Origin: Acidimicrobiia bacterium
GTDB lineage: Bacteria > Actinomycetota > Acidimicrobiia > IMCC26256 > JAENVU01
Assembly (NCBI GenBank): GCA_046598395.1
Contig: JBKJIQ010000008.1
Coordinates: forward strand, 33,275-97,274
DNA length: 64,000 bases
Reading direction: 5' to 3'
Part shown: in pieces, positions 52,195-61,167 of the stretch
How the letters are laid out: the number at the start of each line of letters is the position of its first letter
How positions within the stretch are numbered: the first letter of the stretch is position 1
The notes under the pieces: model-generated
What the model was told of the DNA's origin: nothing
Seen by the model: only the letters and a program-made list of their open reading frames with translations
Database searches by the model: none
Made by a program: the position numbers and the translations under genes

Positions 52195-53049
52195 GTGACG
52201 GAAGCGGTTCCCCGTACCCGTGCCCCTGAGGGCTCACTGGCCACCTACGAGAAGCTGGTGTTCGCGGACGACGGAATGACACACGACGTCTACCGCAAGG
52301 GCACCGGACCGGTTGTGGTGGTCATCACCGAGATGCCGGGTATTTCGCCCTACGTCCTGGGCTTTGGCGACCGCATCGCGGCGATGGGGTGCACGGCGGT
52401 GTTGCCGGACCTGTTCGGCGAGGCCGGCCGGGACCCGTTCGAGGGGTCGAAGCTCCACCAAGCGGGCTATGTCGCGAGCACCTTCGCCCGGATCTGCATC
52501 AGCCGCGAGTTCACCGCGTTTGCTATTGGCAGCTCATCGCCAGTGATCGGATGGCTCCGCGCGCTCGCTCATCAGGAGCACGCGCGCGCCGGAGGCCCGG
52601 GTGTTGGTGTGGTGGGCATGTGCTTCACCGGTGGTTTCGCACTCGCGATGGCCGTGGATGATTTGGTCCTCGCGCCGGTGATGTCGCAACCGTCACAGCC
52701 GATCGGAATCACGAAGTCGCGCAAGCGCTCCATCGACTGCAGCGACGCCGACCTCGCGATCGTGCGCGGGCGATGCGAGTCCGAGGGCCTGCGCGTCGTC
52801 GGCATGCGCTTCGAGGGTGACCCGTTCGTCCCACCCGAACGATTCGACTTCCTGCGGGAACGGCTCGGTGATGGGTTCGTGGGAATCGAGTTGGACCAAG
52901 CGGATGGCCATCCCGACAGCATGCAACCCAAGCACCACTCAGTCCTGACCGGTGACCTGATCGACGAACCGGGCGAACCCACCCGTGATGCGTTGGATCA
53001 AGTGCTGGAATTGTTCCGCAGCAAATTGCTCGCGCCGCCTTCGAGCTAG
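52195..53049 (+). CDS. dienelactone hydrolase family protein
   Basis: Inner part of ORF 51997..53049. GTG 52195, with SD AAAGGAGA at 52183-52190. 'VVVITEMPG' and nucleophile region 'VVGMCFTGGFA' (Cys-type DLH). Confidence 0.7.
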   Translation: MTEAVPRTRAPEGSLATYEKLVFADDGMTHDVYRKGTGPVVVVITEMPGISPYVLGFGDRIAAMGCTAVLPDLFGEAGRDPFEGSKLHQAGYVASTFARICISREFTAFAIGSSSPVIGWLRALAHQEHARAGGPGVGVVGMCFTGGFALAMAVDDLVLAPVMSQPSQPIGITKSRKRSIDCSDADLAIVRGRCESEGLRVVGMRFEGDPFVPPERFDFLRERLGDGFVGIELDQADGHPDSMQPKHHSVLTGDLIDEPGEPTRDALDQVLELFRSKLLAPPSS

Positions 53050-53726
53050 TCGCTCTCGGCCGAGGTGTCGCGCAGGGAGTCGGCGAGGTTGGGGCGTTGC
53101 CGCAGCGATCGCTTTACTTCGGCGAACCCGGGGTACGTCACCACCTCCCACAGCGCGTCCCAGAGTCTCAGGGCATCCGCTCCCCGTGGCACCGTGCTGA
53201 TCACCGGCCCGAAGAAGGACTGCATCGTTGCGTCACGCGTGAAGCTGATGATGGGTGTACCCAGATCGGGTCCGGTCCGGCTCAACGCAACGTCGGTGTC
53301 GGCCTGGAGTACGGCATCCCACTGGTCGTCGTTGGCGGCGGCGACGTACTTCTCGTCGAGGCCCAGGGAACGGAGGTAGTCGGGGAAGCCATTCTCGAAG
53401 TCCTCGACAATTTCCTTGCGGCGGCCCCGTACGTGAATGTCCCCGCCGAACTGGGTGTACAGCGCGCCGATCTCGTCGCGCTTGGCATCGGCGCGCATTG
53501 CCGCGGCAACGCGCAGCAGTTTCAAGCCGGAGCCGTGGCCCGCGATGTACCCCGCCGGGAAGTCCGTTTCGTAGGTCTTGCTTGCGTTCACCAGGCGGAG
53601 GCTGATGAACCGCCAATCGACGCTGAGGTGCCGTTGGGTCGCCACCTCCTCGAGCCATCGAGAGGTGAGCCAGGCCCACGGACACATCGGATCCCAGAAG
53701 AACTCAACGTCGTACTGCGAGCTCAT
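53046..53726 (-). CDS. DsbA-like thioredoxin-fold protein with a single-Cys 'CPWA' active-site variant
   Basis: 'VEFFWDPMCPWAWLTSRW' at the N-terminus. 226 aa. Its stop shares the palindrome CTAG with the convergent gene. Confidence 0.7.
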   Translation of the reverse strand: MSSQYDVEFFWDPMCPWAWLTSRWLEEVATQRHLSVDWRFISLRLVNASKTYETDFPAGYIAGHGSGLKLLRVAAAMRADAKRDEIGALYTQFGGDIHVRGRRKEIVEDFENGFPDYLRSLGLDEKYVAAANDDQWDAVLQADTDVALSRTGPDLGTPIISFTRDATMQSFFGPVISTVPRGADALRLWDALWEVVTYPGFAEVKRSLRQRPNLADSLRDTSAESD

Positions 53727-53771
53727 TCGAAGACCCTCTCACCGACTCGCGATTTCTGCGAACATGAACCT

Positions 53772-54551
53772 ATGACCTCGGTGCAATATTCCGGAACTTC
53801 AGTGCTCCCCCGGCTCGCGGCCGGAGCGGCAACGAACGCCGACATCATGGCCGCGCTGCTCGAACACGGTGCGGTCATCGTCGAAGACCTGATTGATGCG
53901 AAGACAGTCGCGGCGATCAACGGCGAGCTGGATCCCTACGTAGCGGCGGCCGATCCCGCGGCGTCTCATCTGAACCCGGCGCTCGAGTTCTTCTTCGGAA
54001 AGTGGACGCGCCACGTCACATCGATCACGGGCAAGTCACCTACGTTCGCCACCGACGTGTTGTGTCATCCCACCATCCTCGCCGTCTGCGACGAGGTCCT
54101 GTTGCCGTCGTGCGCTCGGTATCAGCTCAACATCGCGTCGATCCTCGATCGTGGCCCCGGTGCCGAGCCCCAGATGCTCCATCATGACGAAGCCGTCTGG
54201 ATCCATGTCCCGCGCCCGCATCCGGAACTCCAAGTCGCATCGATCTGAGCGCTCGTCGATATCACTCGTGAGATGGGCGCGACCCAGGTGGTGCCCGGGA
54301 GTCATCGCTGGGATCGCGATCGCACACCGCTCGACGCGGAGATCGCCTACGCCGACCTGCGTGCCGGCAGCGCGGTCATCTATCTGGGCTCCACGTTGCA
54401 CGGCGGTGGCGCGAATGTCACCGAGCAGTGGCGTCGAGCCGTGCATCTGTCGTACACGCTGGGGTGGTTGCGCACGGATCTCGGTGGCTATCTCGGGATG
54501 CTTGATCTCCGTGATCCGGTTGATTGCATCGCGGATGGCACCCTGGCTTGA
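53772..54551 (+). pseudogene. PhyH family dioxygenase interrupted by an in-frame TGA
   Basis: ORF 53097..54248 (real start ATG 53772) and ORF 54273..54551 are in the same frame. TGA 54246-54248 sits where the family has Trp: 'ELQVASI*ALVDITREMGATQVVPGSHRW'. 'MLHHDEAVW' is the HxD motif. Confidence 0.65.
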
Positions 54552-54580
54552 ACGCGAGCGGGAGCGGTAGGGTCCGCGCT

Positions 54581-55513
54581 ATGAGCGGACACTGGACTGA
54601 AGGCGATATCCCCGACCAGACCGGTCGGATCATTCTGATCACCGGTGCCAACAGCGGCATCGGTCTCGAAGCCGCCCGCGCCGCCGCGGAGCACGGCGCG
54701 AGTGTGGTGCTCGGGTGTCGCAACCATGCGAAGGCCGAAGCCGCGGTGGCCACGATCCGCACGACCGCGCCTGATGCACAGCTCGAGATCTTGGACCTCG
54801 ATCTCGCGGACCTGGGGTCGGTGGAAACCGCGGCCGAGAAGTTTCTCGCCAACCACGACCGGCTCGAGGTCTTGGTGAACAACGCCGGTCTGATGGCGTT
54901 GCCGAAGCAGAACACGGTGCAGGGGTTCGAGATGCAGTTCGGCGTGAATCACTTGGCGCACTTCGCGCTCACGGGGCGGCTCATGGAGCGTCTGTTGGCT
55001 ACGCCCGGGTCACGGGTGGTGTCGATCAGCAGCATGGGCCATCGGCCGGGTTCTATCCACTTCGACGATCTCCAGTCGGAACCCAAGTACGGACCGTGGA
55101 CGGCGTACTTCCAGAGCAAGCTCGCCAACCTGCTCTTCACCTACGAACTGCAGCGCAAGCTCACCGCGGCGGGTGCGAAAACGATCGCCGTCGCCGCGCA
55201 TCCGGGTGGATCGAACACCAACCTCGGCAACGAGAACCCGGGTGGCATCGTCAACACCATCGCGATGAAGGCGAAGCCGTTGGTGGATATGGCGATGCAG
55301 AGTGCGGCCATGGGCGCGCTGCCCACGTTGCGCGCCGCCACGGATCCGGGGGTGATGGGCGGCGAATACTACGGGCCCGGTGGATTCATGGAACAGCGCG
55401 GCTACCCGAAGCGAGTCCAGTCATCACGTCGGTCTCATGACGTCGAGGTGGCGCAACGGCTGTGGCGCGTGTCCACGGAACTCACCGGCGTGACCTACGC
55501 CGGGTTGGTGTGA
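54581..55513 (+). CDS. SDR family oxidoreductase (retinol dehydrogenase-like)
   Basis: Inner part of ORF 54524..55513. 'ILITGANSGIGLEAA', 'NNAG', 'YFQSKLAN'. Confidence 0.85.
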   Translation: MSGHWTEGDIPDQTGRIILITGANSGIGLEAARAAAEHGASVVLGCRNHAKAEAAVATIRTTAPDAQLEILDLDLADLGSVETAAEKFLANHDRLEVLVNNAGLMALPKQNTVQGFEMQFGVNHLAHFALTGRLMERLLATPGSRVVSISSMGHRPGSIHFDDLQSEPKYGPWTAYFQSKLANLLFTYELQRKLTAAGAKTIAVAAHPGGSNTNLGNENPGGIVNTIAMKAKPLVDMAMQSAAMGALPTLRAATDPGVMGGEYYGPGGFMEQRGYPKRVQSSRRSHDVEVAQRLWRVSTELTGVTYAGLV

Positions 55514-56574
55514 CGCAGCTGCCACCCGGATTGAACGCGATGGAGTTGCCGGTTGATCTCGATCTGCTCGCGGCGTGGATGGATACCCACAGCCTGGAGT
55601 CGGGCCGGATTCAGCAGGTCGAGACCATCACCGGCGGGACCCAGAACATCCTGTTGCGATTCCGGCGTGGTGACCGCACCTTCGTGTTTCGCCGCCCGCC
55701 GGTGCACAAACGGAAGAACAGCGATGAGACCATGCGGCGCGAGGCGCGCATCCTGGCGGCGCTGGCCGGTTCGAGTGTCCCTCATCCCGGGTTGATCGCG
55801 GCGTGTGGCGACGTCGACGTCCTCGGCACCGCGTTCTATCTCATGGAACCCGTCTCCGGGTTCAATGCCACCGTGGAGATGCCGGAGCCGCACCGCAGTG
55901 ATCTCGCGATGCAAGCGCGGATGGGGTTCACCATGGCCGACGCGTTGCTGGAGTTGTCACGCGTTGATCCCGAGGCGCGTGGCATCGCAGATTTGGGCCG
56001 GTTCGACGGTTGGACGGAGCGCCAAGTTGGACGATGGCGGTCACAACTCGAGAGCTACTCCGAACTCGACGGCTATCCCGGACCCGACATCCCGGGCGTC
56101 GACGCCGTCGGACGGTGGCTCGATGCCAACCGACCCGATCGGTCTCGTCCCGAGGCGGTGCGGGCGGGGTTGATCCACGGGGATTTCCATTATGCGAACG
56201 TGATCATTGCGCCCGATTCCGGCGAACTCGCGGCTGTGGTGGATTGGGAGCTGGCCACCATCGGCGATCCGCTCCTCGATCTTGGCCATCTGCTCTCGAC
56301 CTGGCCGGTGCGCGATGGCGTTGCCACCCCGATGGGCCTTGATGCGCCCGGACTCCCGAGCACCGCAGAGTTGATCGAGTACTACTCGTTCCGGACCGAT
56401 CGCGACTTGTCGGACCTCACGTGGTTCCGCGTACTCGCGTGCTATCGACTCGGTCTGATTTTGGAAGGGACCCACGCTCGGGCCTGTGCCGGACTCGCCC
56501 CGGTCGAGGTGGGCAACCGGCTGCATCTCATGACGGTGTACTTGTTCAACCAGGCGCTGGAGCTGATCGCATGA
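55510..56574 (+). CDS. phosphotransferase (APH/choline-kinase-like) family protein
   Basis: ORF 55462..56574. 'LIHGDFHYANVII' catalytic loop and 'VVDWELATIGDP'. GTG 55510 overlaps the SDR stop (GTGA); ATG 55540 is an alternative. Confidence 0.8.
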   Translation: MTQLPPGLNAMELPVDLDLLAAWMDTHSLESGRIQQVETITGGTQNILLRFRRGDRTFVFRRPPVHKRKNSDETMRREARILAALAGSSVPHPGLIAACGDVDVLGTAFYLMEPVSGFNATVEMPEPHRSDLAMQARMGFTMADALLELSRVDPEARGIADLGRFDGWTERQVGRWRSQLESYSELDGYPGPDIPGVDAVGRWLDANRPDRSRPEAVRAGLIHGDFHYANVIIAPDSGELAAVVDWELATIGDPLLDLGHLLSTWPVRDGVATPMGLDAPGLPSTAELIEYYSFRTDRDLSDLTWFRVLACYRLGLILEGTHARACAGLAPVEVGNRLHLMTVYLFNQALELIA

Positions 56575-57554
56575 CTCAGACACGGGCGTGGCGCCACGGA
56601 ACGTTGCTTGCCCAGGACTTCCCGGTCTCCGATGTCTCGGAGTACCTCAAGGACGCGGAGGTGGTGGTGTGGGTCGATCTCTGTGCGCCCGACAAGGCGC
56701 AGCTCGTCGAGCTCGCCGAAGAACTCGATCTTCACGAACTCGCGGTGGAAGACGCACTGAGCGAACATCAGCGTCCGAAGCTCGACTACTACGAGAGCCA
56801 CATGTTCCTCTCGTGTCACTCGGTGCGCGTCGACGTCGATGCCGAGGCCGACGCGAACCGGCTGAACGCCACCGAGATCGATGCGTTCATCGGCAAGCAG
56901 TGGATGATCACGGTGCGCAAGAGCGAGTCGTTCTCAATGGCGCCGGTGGTGGACCGCTGGGATCGCTCGGCTGACCTGCTCGCTCACGGCGTGGGCTTCC
57001 TGCTCTACGGACTTCTCGACATCGTGATCGACGGATACTTCGAAGCGGTCCGCGCGTTCGACGATTACTACGACACGGTCAGCGAAGGGCTCTTCGCCGA
57101 TGTTCCGCTGGACCCCAACCAGCAGCGGAACTGGTTCGAAATGCGTCGGGCACTGGTTGCGTTTCACCGGTTGGTGGTGCCGATGCGCGAAGCCGTGAGC
57201 GGACTCATGCGCCGCGAGCACGAGGCGGTGGGAGCCACGATGTACCCGTACTTCCAAGACGTCTACGACCATGTATTGCGGGCTACGGAATCAACCGAGG
57301 CGCTTCGCGATCTCGTCGGCACCATTGTCGAGACCAACCTGAGCTTGCGGGACTATCGCCAGAACCAGATCATGAAGAAGGTCACGAGCTGGGCCGCGAT
57401 CATCGCGGTCCCCACCTTGGTCACGGGCTTCTACGGCATGAACGTTCCCTATCCCGGGTTCGCGCGGCATTGGGGTTTCGTGCTCTCCGCTGCGCTGATG
57501 ATCGTGATGGTGCTCGCGTTGTATGTGACCTTCAAACGGCGCGACTGGCTCTGA
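56571..57554 (+). CDS. corA: magnesium/cobalt transporter CorA
   Basis: Inner part of ORF 56421..57554. ATG 56571 overlaps the kinase stop (ATGA). 'YGMNV' GMN motif between two C-terminal TM helices. Confidence 0.9.
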   Translation: MTQTRAWRHGTLLAQDFPVSDVSEYLKDAEVVVWVDLCAPDKAQLVELAEELDLHELAVEDALSEHQRPKLDYYESHMFLSCHSVRVDVDAEADANRLNATEIDAFIGKQWMITVRKSESFSMAPVVDRWDRSADLLAHGVGFLLYGLLDIVIDGYFEAVRAFDDYYDTVSEGLFADVPLDPNQQRNWFEMRRALVAFHRLVVPMREAVSGLMRREHEAVGATMYPYFQDVYDHVLRATESTEALRDLVGTIVETNLSLRDYRQNQIMKKVTSWAAIIAVPTLVTGFYGMNVPYPGFARHWGFVLSAALMIVMVLALYVTFKRRDWL

Positions 57555-57556
57555 GC

Positions 57557-58486
57557 TCACGGGTCGAACGTGACCAGTGTTGCGAGCGCGGCGTCGAGAA
57601 ACTCGGCATGGGTGGCGCGCATGCTCGACGCGCTGATGTCGGGCCGTCCGTAGCCGGCCCAGTCGGCCGCCCACGCGGAGATTTCGCCGGCAGGGCGGAG
57701 CGCGGCGACGAGGTCCCAGACCGGAAGGTGCGTGACGTCGACTGCGGTGAGCGTCAGGTAGTGGTCGGTGAACTCCCGCATCGCGTGGCGCCCGAACGCA
57801 AACCACAGATCGAGGCGTGTGGTGGCCACGTCGGCGAGCGGATCACCGACAGCCGCGTCCTCCCAGTCGATGACCGCGACGATGTGGTCATCGCGCCAGA
57901 GCACGTTGCCGGGCCAGAAGTCTCCGTGGAGGAGCGCGCAACGGGTTGGGCGCGGCGGCGGCCAATACCTCCGCACCGTTTCGCGAACCAGACCTTCGCG
58001 CACCGACTCGTCCAATACTTCAGGTGCGTTGAGGACCAACTCGTCGAGCACATGGTCGCGGCGCGGGAGTTGCGCGAACTCAGGCCGCTCCGCGTCCAGG
58101 CCGTGGATGGTGGCCAGCACCGACGCGAAGACGCGCGCCGCGCCAGTCGGATCGGTCGTGGAGACGAGTGGAGCACCTTCCACGAACTCGAGGACGGCGC
58201 AGCGGTGTTCCGAGTCCAGCGCTCGTGGTTCCGGGACCGCGAGGCCGATGCGGTGCAGCGATTCGAGCAGCCGAAACTCGCGGGCGAGCCCGGACGAGGC
58301 GAAGGGGCCATCGGCTGCTCGTTCTCGACGCAGCACCAGACGCTCGCGTCCGCCGCTGGGTGTTTCCACCTCGACGCCGGTCATCTCGGACGAGAGTCCC
58401 CCTTCGAAGCTCCACGTGCGGATGAGCCGGGATGCCGGGTCAAGCCGCTCGGTGATCTTGGCAATCTCGCTCGATGGTTCGGTCAC
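57557..58486 (-). CDS. phosphotransferase (APH-like) family protein
   Basis: 'LLHGDFWPGNVLW', 'VIDWEDAAVGDP'. Confidence 0.8.
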   Translation of the reverse strand: MTEPSSEIAKITERLDPASRLIRTWSFEGGLSSEMTGVEVETPSGGRERLVLRRERAADGPFASSGLAREFRLLESLHRIGLAVPEPRALDSEHRCAVLEFVEGAPLVSTTDPTGAARVFASVLATIHGLDAERPEFAQLPRRDHVLDELVLNAPEVLDESVREGLVRETVRRYWPPPRPTRCALLHGDFWPGNVLWRDDHIVAVIDWEDAAVGDPLADVATTRLDLWFAFGRHAMREFTDHYLTLTAVDVTHLPVWDLVAALRPAGEISAWAADWAGYGRPDISASSMRATHAEFLDAALATLVTFDP

Positions 58487-58604
58487 ATCGTGACCCTCTC
58501 ACGTCGCCGTCCCACGTTGCCCGCTCGCGGCGGAGCAACTTGACGAGCCCCCGGTTGATCGGCGATGGTCAGATCGGACAAAAGGGCGAATCGAGGGGAT
58601 CGGG

Positions 58605-60029
58605 ATGCTGCGAACGGTTCGACGTTGGGTGGGGCTGGGTTGCGCGCTGGCGATTGGCGGCGGCCTGTTGGTCGGGCCAGCTGCTGGCGCAGTTGCACCG
58701 ATCGAGAGTTCGAGCCATCTCCCGGTGACCGGCCGTCCGCTCGTAACGGGGCCCGCCACCGGTGGATTGGGTGTGCTTGCGTTGCAAGCCGACCTCACGG
58801 GGATGCCGCAGTACGGCTACGTGCAAGACGAGTACTTCTTCGAAGGCACCGCCCAGGCGTTCGACGCCGTGGGGGCCTACTCGTCGAACGGTGTGTGGCC
58901 GATCACTCCGTCCACGACCGCGCCGTACAAGACCCGCATGATCGTTCGGCGACCCGCCGATCGTCACCAGTTCAACGGCACCGTCGTGGTCGAGTGGCTC
59001 AACGTGACCGCTGGATTCGATACCTCGCCCGACTGGCAATACGCCCGCACCGAACTCATGCGCAAAGGGTATGTCTGGATCGGTATTTCGGCGCAGTTCG
59101 TCGGGGTGGAGAGTCCGGGTGCCGGGCTCAAGACACTTGACCCGGCCCGCTACTCGTCGCTGTCTCACCCCGGTGACATCTACTCCTACGACATCTACTC
59201 GCAGGCGGCGTCCGCGCTGCGTCGACCACGTGGGGTAAACCCGCTCGCAGGATTCGATGTCGACTACCTGATCGCGGACGGTGAATCACAGTCCGCATCG
59301 CGTATGACGACCTACGTCAACGCATTCTCTCCCGTTGCGCGCGCGTATGACGCCTATCTGATTCACAGCCGCTCGAGCGGTGCATCGTCGTTCTCGCCTA
59401 CGGGTCAAGGCGCCGCCTTGCCGAACCCGACGTTCATTCGGACGGATATCTCAACGCCCGTGTTCGTGGTCGAGGCCGAAACCGACGTCCCCCGCCACGC
59501 GTCGGCGCGCCAGGCCGACTCCGCGAACTTCCGACTCTGGGAGATCGCCGGAACTGCTCACGCCGATGAATACATGCTCGGTCCGGCATCAGCTCCGTTC
59601 CTCGGTTGCGTGCTCCCTGTCAACCGTGGCCCACAGCACTGGGTGTTTCACACCGCATTGCGCGATCTGCGCCGCTGGATGCGCCGACCGTCGCGTGTGC
59701 CACCGACCTCGCCGTTGATCACATTGGACGGGCTCGGGAACGTGGCGCGGGACTCCGGTGGCAATGCGCTGGGCGGGATCCGCACTCCGCAGCTCGACGT
59801 TCCGATCGCCACGTTCTCCGGCTTCGGCAACAGCCCGGGCTTCTGTGGGCTCTTCGGCACCACGACCCTCTTCAGTCCCGAGGAACTCGGCGCCCGTTAC
59901 GGAAACCAAGACAACTATCGGCTTCAGTTCCTGTTGGCCGAGGATCGGGCGTTGCGCAGCAAGTTCTTGCTGCTGGACGACGGTTGGCCGATCCTGGCCG
60001 AAGCGGCCAACTTCACGTTCGGTTTCTAG
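58605..60029 (+). CDS. secreted hypothetical protein, probably an alpha/beta-hydrolase-like domain
   Basis: Signal peptide 'MLRTVRRWVGLGCALAIGGGLLVGPAAGA'. Nucleophile-elbow-like 'ADGESQSA'. 474 aa. Family assignment is tentative. Confidence 0.55.
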   Translation: MLRTVRRWVGLGCALAIGGGLLVGPAAGAVAPIESSSHLPVTGRPLVTGPATGGLGVLALQADLTGMPQYGYVQDEYFFEGTAQAFDAVGAYSSNGVWPITPSTTAPYKTRMIVRRPADRHQFNGTVVVEWLNVTAGFDTSPDWQYARTELMRKGYVWIGISAQFVGVESPGAGLKTLDPARYSSLSHPGDIYSYDIYSQAASALRRPRGVNPLAGFDVDYLIADGESQSASRMTTYVNAFSPVARAYDAYLIHSRSSGASSFSPTGQGAALPNPTFIRTDISTPVFVVEAETDVPRHASARQADSANFRLWEIAGTAHADEYMLGPASAPFLGCVLPVNRGPQHWVFHTALRDLRRWMRRPSRVPPTSPLITLDGLGNVARDSGGNALGGIRTPQLDVPIATFSGFGNSPGFCGLFGTTTLFSPEELGARYGNQDNYRLQFLLAEDRALRSKFLLLDDGWPILAEAANFTFGF

Positions 60030-60154
60030 GCGGGTATTTCGACAGCTGCTCCCCGCGCGGTCCCATCGCGATACCTCGCGCGTCCGGCGCTACCGTTGCC
60101 GATCCCCGGCGGGCGGGTTGCCCGACGTGACCATCGCAAGGAGACCGGAGTTCC

Positions 60155-61138
60155 ATGACCACGGCCGTACGTACTGACTGGACGATCGCCGAGATCACGA
60201 AACTGTACGAGCGGCCGCTGATGGAGCTGGTGCGCAGCGCGAGCGCAGTGCACGGGGAGTTCCACGACCCCACCGAGATCCACGTGAACCAGTTGTTATC
60301 GATCAAGACGGGTGCATGTCCCGAAGACTGCGGTTACTGCTCGCAATCGGTGCATCACAACACCGGGGTCAGGCCCGAACCGCTGATGGCAGTGGACGAT
60401 GTGGTGAAGACCGCGAAACGGGCGAAGGCTCAGGGCGTCACCCGGTTCTGCATGGGCGCGGCATGGCGTGACGTCAAGGACAACGCGCAGTTCGAGCGGG
60501 TGCTCGACATGGTGCGCCAAGTCAACGATCTCGGCCTCGAGGTCTGCACGACCTTGGGCATGCTCACGGCCGAACAAGCGCAGCGGCTCGACGAAGCCGG
60601 CCTGTATGCCTACAACCACAATCTCGATACCTCGCCCGAGTACTACGACTCGGTGATCACGACCCGGACCTATCAGGAACGGCTCGACACGATCGCGGCG
60701 GTGCGCACCACCAACATCACCGTGTGCTGCGGTGGGATCATCGGGATGGGCGAGACCGACGCCGACCGCATCTCCTTTCTGCACCAAGTCGCGACCCAGT
60801 CACCGCATCCCGAGTCGGTTCCGATCAACGTGTTGTCACGCGTGCCGGGCACGCCGCTCGAAGATGCACCGGACGTCGAGATCGCGGAGACGGTTCGCAT
60901 GATTGCGGTCGCTCGATTGTTGATGCCGAGTTCGGTGGTGCGGATTGCCGCGGGCCGTCATCTCATGAGCTTCTCGGATCAAGCGCTGTGCATGCTGGCC
61001 GGGGCGAACTCGTTCTTCACGAGTGAGCGCAACATGATGTTGACCGCCACCACGCCGTGCGCGGATCACGCGAGCGATCGTGCCATGCTCGCCCAGATGG
61101 GGCTACGCGCGCGTGTCCTGGAAGAACTCGACGCCTAG
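60155..61138 (+). CDS. bioB: biotin synthase
   Basis: Radical-SAM 'CPEDCGYC', plus 'RFCMGAAWR', 'YNHNLDTS', 'CCGGIIGMGE'. SD AAGGAGA at 60138-60144. Confidence 0.95.
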   Translation: MTTAVRTDWTIAEITKLYERPLMELVRSASAVHGEFHDPTEIHVNQLLSIKTGACPEDCGYCSQSVHHNTGVRPEPLMAVDDVVKTAKRAKAQGVTRFCMGAAWRDVKDNAQFERVLDMVRQVNDLGLEVCTTLGMLTAEQAQRLDEAGLYAYNHNLDTSPEYYDSVITTRTYQERLDTIAAVRTTNITVCCGGIIGMGETDADRISFLHQVATQSPHPESVPINVLSRVPGTPLEDAPDVEIAETVRMIAVARLLMPSSVVRIAAGRHLMSFSDQALCMLAGANSFFTSERNMMLTATTPCADHASDRAMLAQMGLRARVLEELDA

Positions 61139-61167
61139 TTCCGCATGCCACGGGTGAGCGTCGGTGG

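Noticed and set aside
54246-54248. TGA in the PhyH gene read as selenocysteine or as a Trp codon.
   Set aside because: The aligned family position is Trp, not Cys/Sec. TGA is used as an ordinary stop by many genes in this window, and I saw no SECIS-like hairpin immediately downstream.
60030-60154. Biotin-responsive operator (BioQ/BirA-type TGAAC...GTTCA palindrome) upstream of bioB.
   Set aside because: No such palindrome, or any other clear dyad, is present in the 125-bp upstream region. Only a good SD (AAGGAGA) is present.
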